A DNA stretch of 64,000 nt, taken from Octopus bimaculoides. Taxonomy: Eukaryota. The stretch is taken from positions 46,863,376 through 46,927,375 of the forward strand of contig NC_068998.1 in assembly GCF_001194135.2 (NCBI RefSeq). Direction: 5' to 3'. The position numbers and the translations under genes were made by a program. Of this stretch, positions 1 to 12,690 are shown piece by piece. Position 1 is the stretch's first letter. Every line of letters begins with the position of its first letter. Under the pieces are notes generated by a model. That model searched no databases. It was given only the letters and a program-made list of their open reading frames with translations, and was not told the DNA's origin.

Positions 1-329
1 AATTACAGTCAACAAATGAAAAAAGAATGAATGCTGAAAAATAAATGAAAGTAAAATACTTAGGGAAAATGGAATATTTTGTTTAAATCTATGGAGAATT
101 CTTGTTAATTCGCTAAAGACATCGAAAACGAAAGGAAGGAGAGAAAGTAAAAAAAAACAGAAAGGAGAAATATATATGTGTCCGCCACCACCACCGGCTT
201 CTGGAGATATATTTGGAATATTACGGATTTAACTAGTTTGTAATAACTTCGTTATACAACATGTAATTATTATTATTATTGATATTATTATTATCATTAT
301 TATCATATATACAGTTGTTATTATTTATG

Positions 330-1440
330 TAATTTTTTATGTTAAGTGTATGTGTATCACAAAGTGTGTGCATGCGTATATATATGTGTGCGTAAGCGTG
401 TGTGTGTACTTGTGCATTTACGTGTGCATATGTGCGTGTGTAAGGATGTGTGAATATGTGTGCATGTTGGTATATGTGTGAGTATAAGCGTATGAACGGA
501 TGTGTGAGTATAAGCGTATGGGCATGTGTATGTATTTGTCTATATTGTGTGTATTAGTGTGTGGTATTTTGATATTTGTATATTATGTATACGTATGAGC
601 AAGTGCGTGTGTTTATGTACTATTTTGTGTATACGTGTGTATGTGTGTGTATGTGTGTGTGCGTGTGACATTTTGATATTTGCATATGTGTATGCACGTC
701 TGTGTGTGTTTGTGTTTGTGTGTGCGTGTACGTCTGTGTGTTTGTGTGTGTGTGTTCATATGTATGTGCGCATTTGTGTGTGTACGTGTGGTGTGTGTTT
801 ATATGTATGTGTGTATTTGTGCGTGTACGTCTGTGTGTGCTTGTGTGCGGTGGGTTTATATGTAAGTGTGTATTTGTGTGTGTACATGTGCGAGAGTATT
901 TAGGTATTTCTGTTTTACGTGTAGCTGTATACTTGTGCGTGTGTATGTATGTGTGTGTGTACGTGCCTATATGCTTTTCTATATGTGTGAGTGCATGTTG
1001 GCGTGCGTGTGAGTCTATGAGCGTACGTGTGTGTGTGTGTGTGTGAGTGTGCAAGTGTGTATGTATCTGTGTGCCTGTGTTTGTACGTGTCTGTGCGTAT
1101 CTGTGTGCATGTGTGTGCCTTCATGTTTGTGCGTGTGTGATTGCGTGTTCGCCTGTGAGCGCACGTGCGTGTGTGTGTTTACATGTGTGAGTCTGCATCC
1201 ATGTGTGAGTCTGCATTCATGTGTGAGCCTGCATCCATGTGTGCCTGTGTTTGTACGTGTCTGTGGGTGTCTATCTGTGTTTGTGTGGGCACGAGCGTGC
1301 CTGTCTGTGTGCGCGTCTGTGTGCATGCGTGTCCCTGTGCATTGTCTGTGCGTCTTTGTGTGCATATATGTGTGTGAGTATGTGTCCGTGCGTGCATGTA
1401 TGCTTATGTGTCTGTGCATATCTATATATGTGTGTGTGTT
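330..1440. repeat. Degenerate (TG)n/(TGTA)n low-complexity tract, including three copies of an 18-bp unit at 1182-1235
   Basis: Alternating purine/pyrimidine sequence throughout; catgtgtgagtctgcatc x3. Explains all the VCVC/HTHT ORFs here. Confidence 0.95.
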
Positions 1441-1810
1441 TGTGAATCACATATTAATCTCATGTTGTTTTCATGTAGTTGCTGCTGTTTGCTTTGGAAG
1501 TTTTTGTGGTAATGGAATCGACTTGTGTCGAAGATGTTCCCTGTCGGTTACGTAACAGCATCGGGTGGTGACTGTACAGTGCATGTTATAGTATAAAGTG
1601 GTGTTTATGAAGAATATGTGTTGTGTTATGATTTGTAAAGTATGTGTTGTAGTATTGAGTGGCTGTTGTGTAGAAATGTGTTGTGTGGTTTGCATTGTAG
1701 TAGCGGTGAGTGACTCTGTAGTATATGTTATCGTAATAGGTGGCGAGTGTGTAGAAACATGTCCTGTTGCATATTCTTGGCTTAAAATAATCCGGTGTGT
1801 ATAATGTGTA

Positions 1811-1979
1811 TAGCGGCAGGCATGGATGTATGGTAACAAGCTTGCTTCTCAACCACATGCTTCCAGGTTCAGTCCCACTGCGTGGTACTTTGGGCAAGGG
1901 TCTTCTTCTATAGCCTCGAGCCGACCAAGGCCTTGTGAGTGGATTTAGTAGACGGAAACTGAAAGAACCCTTATCTAGA

Positions 1980-2047
<68 letters not shown>
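1811..2047 (+). mobile_element. SINE family A, left arm plus internal (GT)n running into a gap
   Basis: tRNA-like head with B box ggttcagtccc, then ttgggcaag...gccttgtgagtggatttagtagacggaaactgaaagaa, matching the copies at 14708, 50732 and 62998. Confidence 0.9.
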
Positions 2048-2652
2048 NNNNNNNNNNNNNNNNNNNNNNNNNNNNNNNNNNNNNNNNNNNNNNNNNNNNN
2101 NNNNNNNNNNNNNNNNNNNNNNNNNNNNNNNNNNNNNNNNNNNNNNNNNNNNNNNNNNNNNNNNNNNNNNNNNNNNNNNNNNNNNNNNNNNNNNNNNNNN
2201 NNNNNNNNNNNNNNNNNNNNNNNNNNNNNNNNNNNNNNNNNNNNNNNNNNNNNNNNNNNNNNNNNNNNNNNNNNNNNNNNNNNNNNNNNNNNNNNNNNNN
2301 NNNNNNNNNNNNNNNNNNNNNNNNNNNNNNNNNNNNNNNNNNNNNNNNNNNNNNNNNNNNNNNNNNNNNNNNNNNNNNNNNNNNNNNNNNNNNNNNNNNN
2401 NNNNNNNNNNNNNGATGAGAGAGAGAGAGGGATGAGAGAGAGAGAGGGATGAGAGAGAGAGAGGGATGAGAGAGAGAGAGATGTGTGATGTGGGAGCGAT
2501 TATTATTATTATGATTTAAATGAATCTTGTTTCCAAGGCTGTAAAACGAAAGTATAAAGCGCTCCCTCTGAGAATTGTGCTGTTCATTCAAGGGTGTGTG
2601 GCAACGCGTATAAGTAATACGTACGTCACGTGAGATAGAGACCTCTATAGGT

Positions 2653-2687
<35 letters not shown>

Positions 2688-3469
2688 GTGTAATATGAAA
2701 TATTGGTAATTATGTGTAGATGTTCAAGATAATGATGATGTTGAAGGTTAATACATAACATTAAAAATCTATTTTTATGTCATTTTGATATGCTCGTATT
2801 TTGTAATAAATATATGTATTAGGCGTTGAACACGCACCTTGCACACATACATGCATATATACATACACACGCACACATACACTCTTACACACACACACAC
2901 ACACTCATACACACACCCATATACATGCATACACATTCGTGGATGCGTACAGACACGTATAAATACATACTTGTGTAAACGTGTGTGATTGTGTGTGTTT
3001 GTGTGTATGTGTGTCCACGCGCGTGTGTGTATGTTTGTGTGTGTGTGTATGTGTGTTTGTGTGTGTTGATGTAAACATAGACACATATGACTTTATGAAT
3101 ATGTTTTAATAAACAATTTCGAGTGAGATGTTTTTTAAGTGATGATAGTGACCTCGAAGTTGGGCCAAATCAACCCTGAAATCAGTTTCAAATACCAGAA
3201 ACGTCGTAGTCTCTATCATCTTTAATTGACAAATAGACATAAGTGTACACCCACCCGCACACACACATGAAACCGTGCAAACTTTGACAACGCACACTCT
3301 ACGTGTTGACTTCCTCGTTTAACGAACCTGATAAAAAATCATATAAAACAAGAGATCGGCAAAATGAAACTTGAGAAATTCATGTATTCGATGTAACATA
3401 CAAACGTCAAAACACAGTTACAGTGATATCTTTGAGTGAATCCCCTCTCTTACCTATATATCTACCAAC

Positions 3470-3509
<40 letters not shown>

Positions 3510-4319
3510 NNNNNNNNNNNNNNNNNNNNNNNNNNNNNNNNNNNNNNNNNNNNNNNNNNNNNNNNNNNNNNNNNNNNNNNNNNNNNNNNNNNNNNNNNNN
3601 NNNNNNNNNNNNNNNNNNNNNNNNNNNNNNNNNNNNNNNNNNNNNNNNNNNNNNNNNNNNNNNNNNNNNNNNNNNNNNNNNNNNNNNNNNNNNNNNNNNN
3701 NNNNNNNNNNNNNNNNNNNNNNNNNNNNNNNNNNNNNNNNNNNNNNNNNNNNNNNNNNNNNNNNNNNNNNNNNNNNNNNNNNNNNNNNNNNNNNNNNNNN
3801 NNNNNNNNNNNNNNNNNNNNNNNNNNNNNNNNNNNNNNNNNNNNNNNNNNNNNNNNNNNNNNNNNNNNNNNNNNNNNNNNNNNNNNNNNNNNNNNNNNNN
3901 NNNNNNNNNNNNNNNNNNNNNNNNNNNNNNNNNNNNNNNNNNNNNNNNNNNNNNNNNNNNNNNNNNNNNNNNNNNNNNNNNNNNNNNNNNNNNNNNNNNN
4001 NNNNNNNNNNNNNNNNNNNNNNNNNNNNNNNNNNNNNNNNNNNNNNNNNNNNNNNNNNNNNNNNNNNNNNNNNNNNNNNNNNNNNNNNNNNNNNNNNNNN
4101 NNNNNNNNNNNNNNNNNNNNNNNNNNNNNNNNNNNNNNNNNNNNNNNNNNNNNNNNNNNNNNNNNNNNNNNNNNNNNNNNNNNNNNNNNNNNNNNNNNNN
4201 NNNNNNNNNNNNNNNNNNNNNNNNNNNNNNNNNNNNNNNNNNNNNNNNNNNNNNNNNNNNNNNNNNNNNNNNNNNNNNNNNNNNNNNNNNNNNNNNNNNN
4301 NNNNNNNNNNNNNNNNNNN

Positions 4320-4930
4320 ATATACACATAAGCACACATTCACATATATCTATCTTCTCTGAGGTTTACATATATACGTGTGTATGTGTGTGTTTGCGTG
4401 TGTGTGTGTGTGCCAACAATAAGGTACAAGCATATACACACATAAACACATTTATACAGTACGGGCATGTACTACACATGTTGACACAAACCACGCACAC
4501 ATACACACACACGCACATGCACAAACACACACATGCACACATTCAGACTCCCATACATAGGTACTATACATGTACATACACACCCATGGAGATATACGCA
4601 CACACACACACACATACTCCGTACACATATACACATCCACATTGACTCACATACATATTCACGCCCACACTGACACACATACAGGTACAAAATACATACA
4701 CACATAGACATACACATATACGAAACACATACACAAGCATACAGATATACGCGCACACACATACATACGCACACGCACACACACACATACACACAAACAC
4801 ACACACATACCAGACTCCATATTACTCCACAAACACATTAATGTTCTTATACAAATACACATACACACACGTATATATTAATACGCACACATACTCATAT
4901 ACATATACATACGTATGCACACGTGTACAC
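4320..4930. repeat. Degenerate (CA)n/(TACA)n tract
   Basis: Directly visible low-complexity alternating sequence. Confidence 0.9.
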
Positions 4931-4932
4931 AC

Positions 4933-5110
4933 CGACATTTCTTCCGGCTCTTTACGTTCTGAACTTGAATGCCGTCGAGGCTGACTTTGCCTTTCATCCT
5001 TCTGAGGTTAATAAAATAAGTTACTAGTCCAGTCCTGGACCCGATGAGATCGAGTGACACCCTTTCAAGAAAAAAAAAAATCTGTTGATCTTGTGTCAAA
5101 ATTTGAAACA
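4933..5110 (+). mobile_element. SINE family C, 5'-truncated
   Basis: ctttacgttctgaacttgaatgccgtcgaggctgactttgcctttcatcc, shared with 38797-39030 and others; tail ttgtgtcaaaatttgaaac. Confidence 0.8.
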
Positions 5111-5115
5111 ATTTA

Positions 5116-5292
5116 AAGGCGGCGAACTGGACGGCCTGAGTTCAAATGCCGCCAAGGTTGACTTTGCATTTCATCCTCTCAGAAATGGATGAATAGGGTA
5201 CCAATTGAGCACGGGAGGTGGGGCGATGTAATCAAGTAGCAACCTCCTCCAAAATTTCAGCGCTTGTGCCAGTAATAGAAAGGATTATTATT
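5116..5292 (+). mobile_element. SINE family C with internal deletion and (ATT)n tail
   Basis: aggcggcgaactgg head, gagttcaaat B box, gactttgcatttcatcc core, aaatttcagcgcttgtgcc...gaaaggattattatt tail. Confidence 0.85.
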
Positions 5293-5860
5293 GTTGAGTG
5301 AGAGAGAGCAGTGCATGCCATCAAAATGACACTGGGGTAAGATATATGAAGCCAAGTATACCCATAATTACTACCTGTCTGATAAGGTACACCAGGCACA
5401 TGCATCACAACCATATATCTGTGACATGGTGATCTCATATCAAGATAAACAGCACGTGACCTTGCAGGTGGGGCCCAGTTAGAATTTTCTTCAGGTTGTG
5501 TAGCCCATCCCACTCAAAAGGTCACTGAATACGGGTTGTTAAAGGATGTTGAACGAAACACCCATGTTTCCAAAGGTGAATTATTCAAACCCCAAAGAAT
5601 TCCTCTCAACACATGGCTGTGATGCTCCCTCCACTACTTCTGCTCATGATCAGAGATGCACATATCGTCAGCCACTAAGGGACATGCTCAACTGGTTCAG
5701 GTCAAACAACTGACGAGCAAATCTGTGGTATTAAGCAGAATATTTGCTTTAGCCTATCTTTTTATACCAAGACAAAACAATGTATATGATAGCACTTCCA
5801 TTCAATTAAGATCAAAAGCCACGAGAGTCACTGTCTGGTACTGCGTCAGGGCGTTTATTA
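5293..5860 (-). mobile_element. Unclassified interspersed repeat family D (about 565 bp), probably a retroposon 3' region with an (AAT)n tail
   Basis: Second copy at 19833-20089 and two 3' stubs at 56001 and 56217. No ORF. (ATT)n on both sides. Confidence 0.8.
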
Positions 5861-5950
5861 TTATTATTATTATTAGTAGTAGTAGTAGTAGCAGTAGTAG
5901 TAGAAGCAGTTGTCGTGGTAGTGGTGGTGGTGGTTATGGTGGTGGTGTTG
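5857..5950. repeat. Compound (ATT)n-(AGT)n-(GGT)n microsatellite
   Basis: Directly visible. Confidence 0.9.
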
Positions 5951-6618
5951 ATGGTATATATGGTTGTTGTTACGCAACCTATGGCTGTCAATGTTCTGAG
6001 AAAGAAATATGTAAAATGGTATATTTTTAACCAAAATTTCTACATTTACCTTTGATACTGGCATCCCCCCCCCACACATGAATATATATGTATATATGAG
6101 TGTGCGTATATATATANNNNNNNNNNTATATATATTGCTTTATATATGTTTATATATGTACACACATACACAGAGTTCAGAGTTCTCGACTGGAAGCATT
6201 GCTGCTGGTTCATGTGCTAATACTTAATCATTCGCGCTTTAACGATCATAGCTCTTCATCAAACTTCGTGTTTTCACGTCCCCATCGCTAAACTGAGTAG
6301 ATTGGGTGAGTGAGTAGAGAGCGACCAACCACTAAGCTTAAAAGTCAATAATTGTTTTGGTATTTGACTTATCCTGCCAAGAAAGAAACACCATTAAAAT
6401 GTAAAAACAAGATGGTTGTTACAAGTATGACACAGCATAATACTTTTGCTCGGCAACATTAACATGCCGTGGAAATATCAAAACCACGGGCCTGGATTGC
6501 GGCGATGAACTACGTTTGGAAGTGGATTACTACCCTTCACCTCTGTATAACACCGCACAGAGGAATTGGAGATGTAGATATATATTTAGATTGTCTGATC
6601 AGTAAAGTTATATAGATG

Positions 6619-6621
<3 letters not shown>

Positions 6622-6670
<49 letters not shown>
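6622..6670. repeat. (CTAT)n microsatellite
   Basis: About 12 perfect units. Confidence 0.95.
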
Positions 6671-6899
6671 GTGTTCAACCGTGTGTGGCTAATAAAGAAA
6701 CATATCTATCTACTTATCGGTCCTAACTGTCTATGTATCGATAAAAGATACTCCAAAAGTCCGGAATATGGAGGCAGACTTCGTTAGGATGCCGAATACT
6801 AGCCCCACTTCTGCTCATCAAGGCAGAGAGAAATTGGACCCATGGAAAGTTAAACACGCAGAGTTAAATACACGCTTCAGTGGTTCTGAATACCTTACC

Positions 6900-7135
6900 T
6901 CATACCATCCATCCACCACTCCTTTGATGGTGATGGGGGTAGAGTTCTTAGGTACTTACTTCCTTCATAGGCTCCTATCAGAAGCAATCGTCATTACACT
7001 TTTCGGCTGGATCCCCGAAAGTGACCAACTGAGACTACGAACGTTATCCACCCATTTCGTTCTTGCTCCACCCCTAGGTCTCCTACCAGTTGGCTCGATT
7101 TGAAGAATATGTCTTGTAATTTTTTCCTATGATAT
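6900..7135 (-). mobile_element. RTE-clade LINE 3' end fragment (decayed ORF2 C-terminus plus GGAT tail)
   Basis: Minus-strand translation EKITRHILQIEPTGRRPRGGARTKWVDNVRSLSWSLSGIQPKSVMTIASDRSL*RK fits the RTE C-terminal pattern G.RPRGRP..RW.D....W..LG....DR..W; ends in ggatggatgg. Not in the ORF track. Confidence 0.75.
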
Positions 7136-7213
7136 TTTAGAAAATTTCACCCATAAGTTACCCAGTTTATTTAAATAGAACACCAGTCGACCTGTCTGAC
7201 AAATGGTTACAAA

Positions 7214-7365
7214 CAGCGCTGTCTTAAGACGTCGGAGCACGATGCGGTTACCTGGCGGGGCCTGATGAGTCTGGGGCTCCAATTCCGGTCTATATATATG
7301 GTAATACTATAGGCCCCAATACCTTGATATGCGCGGGGGCCTATAATGCCGCTCAGAGGGCCCTT
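7214..7365. mobile_element. Possible decayed hAT-type MITE
   Basis: Starts cagcgctgtctt and ends cagagggccctt (hAT/Tip100-like cagggcc termini, degraded); internal ggggccc-like motifs; flanks gttacaaa/gatataaa match at 6 of 8 positions. Confidence 0.3.
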
Positions 7366-7964
7366 GATATAAACTAAATAAGCATAAAGATCTAAGCCTA
7401 CGACAAGGTTTTCAGTCGATTGTTGTTTCTTTGTTGTGTTGTATTGATTTTGTTTTAGTCAATGATTTCGCTATCTTAATGTGTCACTTTACCGTAAATC
7501 ATTCCTAAATGCACCAAGCAACCTTGCCATACAAATGTGTGTGTGTGTGTGTGCATAATTATATGCATATATATATATATATNNNNNNNNNNNNNNNNNN
7601 NNNNNNNNNNNNNNNNNNNNNNNNNNNNNNNNNNNNNNNNNNNNNNNNNNNNNNNNNNNNNNNNNNNNNNNNNNNNNNNNNNNNNNNNNNNNNNNNNNNN
7701 NNNNNNNNNNNNNNNNNNNNNNNNNNNNNNNNNNNNNNNNNNNNNNNNNNNNNNNNNNNNNNNNNNNNNNNNNNNNNNNNNNNNNNNNNNNNNNNNNNNN
7801 NNNNNNNNNNNNNNNNNNNNNNNNNNNNNNNNNNNNNNNNNNNNNNNNNNNNNNNNNNNNNNNNNNNNNNNNCTTGCAAGCGATTTTGCAAGCTCGCAGC
7901 CTTCTACTGATAACATACGTTTATATATAGTTTTACACTGACCAGCGTTTAAATACGCACGACT

Positions 7965-8017
<53 letters not shown>

Positions 8018-8774
8018 CACATACACACACACACGCATACACAGAAAGAGGCTGACAGATTGAAAACATTATCACACTGTCACTCACATACACGCAAGTT
8101 TGTGCACAGTGCGCATGTCAAAACACCAACGATCGTAAATGACCACCACCACCACTACCACTACCACCACCAGTAACATTACTACCGCTACCACCACCAC
8201 CGCCACTTAAACACTGTAATATAATCACACACACATACACAAACATATACACGCGCACACACACACGTACACACACACATACAAGCCTTTCTTCAGGTAG
8301 TGTTACAAGACAAGACATCATTCTGTCGTCGAGATACAGACTGACAAGTTCAACACAGCTATCAGGGCGGTGAAACTGTAACGCGGCAGAACAAATACCA
8401 TTAGGTATTTTGTTCAACGCTTTAACAAGTTCAACTAACCAACAAACAACCAACTCATCAGCCAGGGATAATAACTAATTTATAAACCTCGGAAATACAA
8501 AAGCCAAAAGTTGATTAACTTTAACACGGGTTTGAACCTAGAACATAATGACAATATACCTCATGGTATTTTGTCTTCCCCTCAAACCAACTCGCCAATC
8601 GTCAACTTAAAAATCATACACATACGTTCTCATTTACATACATTTCACAGCCGTGTCACATTAACAGTTCTTAGTCATCTTATAATTTTCTTGATTACTA
8701 ATCAAATTATATTATTAAATGATTTAATTAACTTCTATCATTGTTTTCTTTTCCCTATTCTTTTCCACTTCAAG

Positions 8775-8846
8775 TACCTTTGTGGGAAAAACGGATTACT
8801 TTTACCTGCTATCTTTTGATGTAATCGACAATAAACGTGGTCAAAG
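8775..8846 (+). CDS. Candidate 72-nt symmetric (phase 2-2) internal exon, product unknown
   Basis: About 30-nt polypyrimidine tract plus caag acceptor, AAG|GTAAGT donor, TTAAC about 45 nt upstream. One open frame: TFVGKTDYFYLLSFDVIDNKRGQ. No homolog recognised. Confidence 0.3.
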
Positions 8847-8859
8847 GTAAGTTGTATAC

Positions 8860-8924
8860 TTGTCTATCTATCTATATATCTATCTATCTATCTATCTATA
8901 TATCTATCTATCTATCTATATATA

Positions 8925-8988
<64 letters not shown>

Positions 8989-9294
8989 GACCTACCTATA
9001 GCTTTCTGTCTGTCTATCATGTTTACTTATCTACCTACAGCTGTTTGTCTATAGGTGTCTCAAACTACAGCTGTTGTATACAGGTGCCTCTAACTACTCA
9101 CCTACATATCTACTGCTGTCTGTCCATCCATCCATCCATCCATCCATCCATCCATCCATCCATCCATCCATCCATCCATCCATCCATCCATCCATCTATC
9201 TATCTACAGCTGTTTGTCTATTTCTGTCTACTTATCTGTCTTATACAGCTGTGTGTTTGCTTATCTGTCTATCGATCAGTTTATCTACCAACAC

Positions 9295-9355
<61 letters not shown>

Positions 9356-9360
9356 CTTGT
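8860..9360. repeat. (CTAT)n / (CCAT)n tetranucleotide arrays
   Basis: Directly visible; explains the SIYL/HPSI ORFs. Confidence 0.95.
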
Positions 9361-9439
9361 CTATTCCAATAACCACGGATAGTTATCTATTGTGTTCGCT
9401 TGAGAGTGGGTACTACTATTACACTAACTGTTTTACGTT

Positions 9440-9620
9440 TCTCTATAGTTGTGATCAGGCATATACCCTTCACAGCCGTCCCACATTTAATTTAGTGGAA
9501 CATGCAGGCTGTGGCAAATGCATAGAGAGGGCTGCATCCGTAATTGGCATCTGCGCACTTCACCCGAGTAGAATGGAACAACTTGAATAAGGTGCCTTGT
9601 TCAAGAACACAATACACTAT
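9440..9620 (-). mobile_element. SINE family B, degraded internal/3' part
   Basis: Reverse complement contains gtgttcttgaacaaggcaccttattcaagttgttcc and a gatcacaactatag tail similar to 15126-15365. Confidence 0.5.
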
Positions 9621-11044
9621 TCTTGTACATACATACAAACATTAAAGGATTGGTCGCTGTTTAGTTACGTATTTAGGAGGTGGTTATAGATTTACTTATT
9701 GAATTTATTTACCGATACTGTTGTACATAGGGTAAATATGTGTGAAAGTTGTGGTTTCTTTGGTATGTTTATTCCCAAACAACACTTATTTTAGTGCTGT
9801 TGACACCATCGGATTGAATGGTACTGCTCAGGTGTCGAAACCATAATGATATTCATGGGGCAGCACACATATATTTTTCATAATGTTAAAGATAGACAAT
9901 GTGTCTTTAGCTCACAAACACTCACACACATAAGTTTTTTTTTTATTGCTAATAATTTGGCCCATTCAACAGCTGCTGAATGAGTTTGAACTGGCAAGTT
10001 TCCTTGCGAATTAGCAATTCATTTCATTGTCTCTCCTTAATCTGTAACAGATGGTTAATTATAACACTGTAAACATGTGTACCAAGGTACATAGTGGACA
10101 AGGTGCATATACAAGGTACATAGTGGACAATGAGATATAAAATATCGGGGCACTAAAATAGGGTGGGTTAAAGACAGAAACCTATTTAGAGCTCTCACTG
10201 GCCCCAGCTGGGACGAATTTTTGTCTATCTCTAACAGTTATTGTGTTTTTACACAGTAACTCAAAAAACCGATCGTGATTCGCTAAAATATTTCCAACGT
10301 CATCTAAAAACCTAACCATTCAAGACTTCGTGTGGAACCGGATCTAACAATTTCGTATTTGGCGCGCTTTTATCGAACCAAGACCATTGCTATATATTCA
10401 GTGCTTTTTAGCCACTGAGAACAGACGACGGGCGGCAGACATCGGACCGGACACATGTAACAGCAACTAGCAGACAATAGAACTGGCAGCAGGCCCTGAA
10501 TGCTGTTACAACACAAAGACAATCGACAACGGCGGCGGCAGCAATACGCCGTGAACAGCTAACATCAAGAAAGTCATGAACGCAAATTCAATCATTTCTA
10601 GTCCAAGAACAATAAACTTCGCTCTGTCTCGATGCTTGTTGTTGGCAGCTACAACATCTTTATTTACGACAAAAATAAATATATTTCATTGAAGATTTCA
10701 AACAGATTTCTCTCTTCTATATCGTAACACAGATATGACATCAATTTAGCAATTTAACCCACATATCTGTCATATATACGACTATTTAGCTCCCACAGCA
10801 GTCTTATGTTCGACAGTAATCCAGCGATGTTGCTCACGTATCGATCAGATACCCAACAACAAATCCGGTTCACTTCTCATCCCCAGCCTTATAGCAATCA
10901 TTAAAACCCAACAGACATACAACCAGCTTTATGACTACACTACGACAGCTTAATTCAAATTACACTCGCCATACATCTTTCGCTTTACTTTCTTTCGCTT
11001 TTTCTTGATTTTTGTACAAAGCTAAAACAACTTTCGCATGGGTT

Positions 11045-11678
11045 TCCGGAGTGGCTGTGAGCTATGAAGTTTGCTTCCCAGGCACATGATTGCGGTTTCA
11101 GTCCTACTTGGATAATGATGCCTTGGGTAAGCATCGGATGTACCAAGACTTGTAAGTGGATTTGGTAGACAGAAAGTGTAAGAAGCCCGTCGTAGATACA
11201 TATATATGTGTTTGTGTTTGTATACGTTTGTGTGTGTGCGTTTATGTGTGTATTAGTTTGTGTGTGTTTTTTTGTTTGTGTGTGTTTGTGTGTGCGCGTC
11301 TCTTTGTGTATGTGCTTGTGAGTGCGTGCGGATGTCTGTTTGTTTGTATGTGTCTTAGCATGGTTTTGTTTGTACTTGTGTATTTGTTTGTGTGTGTATG
11401 TGTGTGTGTGTGTGCTTGTGTGTGCGTGCGGGGTGTGTGTTTGTTTGTGAGTGTGTCTGTAAGTTTGTGTGTCTTTGATTGCGTATATGTGAGTGTGTTT
11501 GTTCCCCACCATCGCTCAACAATCAGCGTTGCTTACAAAAAAAAAAAGAGCCTTTAAAACACGTACCAAGCTTTAAAAAAATGAGTCCTGGGGTCGACTC
11601 GTTCGACTAAAAGTCTAAAAAGCGGTGCCCCAGCATGGCTGCAGTCTAATGACTGAAACAAGTAAGAGCATAAAAGCA
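11045..11678 (+). mobile_element. SINE family A, both arms, with a roughly 320-bp internal (GT)-rich spacer
   Basis: Left arm gtggatttggtagacagaaagtgtaagaagcccgtcg; right arm gtcctggggtcgac...gcggtgccccagcatggctgcagtctaatgactgaaacaagtaa. Confidence 0.85.
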
Positions 11679-12099
11679 TGTTACACGAACACTGATACAC
11701 GAATGAGACCACAGCTTTCGGTCACAAGCTGTTTGCAGCTTTTGCATCTGCTTGAAGCCATTTTGCAACCTTCGCAGTAATTGCAACCACAAGACAGTTC
11801 TGCAGCAAACACAGTGATAGTTACACATCCTTCGTTATTTATTGCAACAAAATTATAATCTTTACAGCGAAAGAAACTTCATTTTCTGATAGTCTTAATA
11901 TAAGACACGTATTTAAGCGAACCGATACCTAAAGCAGTAAATCATTTCCGCAGTTTCCATAATAACTGTGTCTATTTTATTTCCTTTTACGTGCCGCTTT
12001 AAAAAGCAGAACCGCCATTCACGTTCTCGAATCATTTAATGAACATTGATATTAGTTTATACGATATCAACTTCAGGTTTATATTAGAAGGACTGCTAC

Positions 12100-12330
12100 T
12101 TTATAAAGCAGAAGAACTGCTGGTTTTGTTGATTTATATAGCAGGTGAATTGCTGGTTTATATAACAGATGGGCTGATTATTTATATATCATATGAACTG
12201 CTGATTTATATAACATATGAAAAGGTGGTTTATATTATTAACTGTTGTTGTGTATATGAGCTACTGGTTCATATAACATACGAATTATTGGCTTATATAA
12301 CACAAGGTCTGATGGTATGTATAACACAAT
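12100..12330. repeat. Degenerate 24-bp minisatellite (consensus approximately gaactgctggtttatataacatat), about 9 units
   Basis: Successive 24-mers gaattgctggtttatataacagat, gggctgattatttatatatcatat, gaactgctgatttatataacatat, gaaaaggtggtttatattattaac. Confidence 0.75.
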
Positions 12331-12529
12331 AACGCGTTGGTTTCGTAGTATTTAGAACTATTAATGCTATAATTCTGCCACATCTATAGAACGAATATAT
12401 AGCTTTAAACTACAGATGGGAGGAAAAAGTAGAAATAAACTCTTGCATATAAGAAAATATAATTAATATATATCTTCTCTGTGCATCCATCTACAACAGT
12501 TTCTTTACTCCAACATTTCTCCCGGCTTT

Positions 12530-12690
12530 ATATTCAGAATTCAAATTCCGCCGAAATTACCTTTGCCTTTTATCTCTTCGAGGGCGAGGAAAGAGGAACC
12601 AGTTGAGCACCGGAGACAATGTTACCGACTAGACCACATATCCCACCTCTACAAAGTTTCAGGTCTTGTGCCAATAGTAGAAAGAGTTAT
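12530..12690 (+). mobile_element. SINE family C, degraded and 5'-truncated
   Basis: aattcaaattccgccg...ctttgcctttt...accagttgagcac...tttcaggtcttgtgccaatagtagaaag. Confidence 0.75.

Noticed and set aside
9795-9831. AVDTIGLNGTAQV, superficially like a cadherin-repeat motif
   Set aside because: Only 37 nt, poor donor (GTGTCG), stop four codons later, and no other cadherin motifs.
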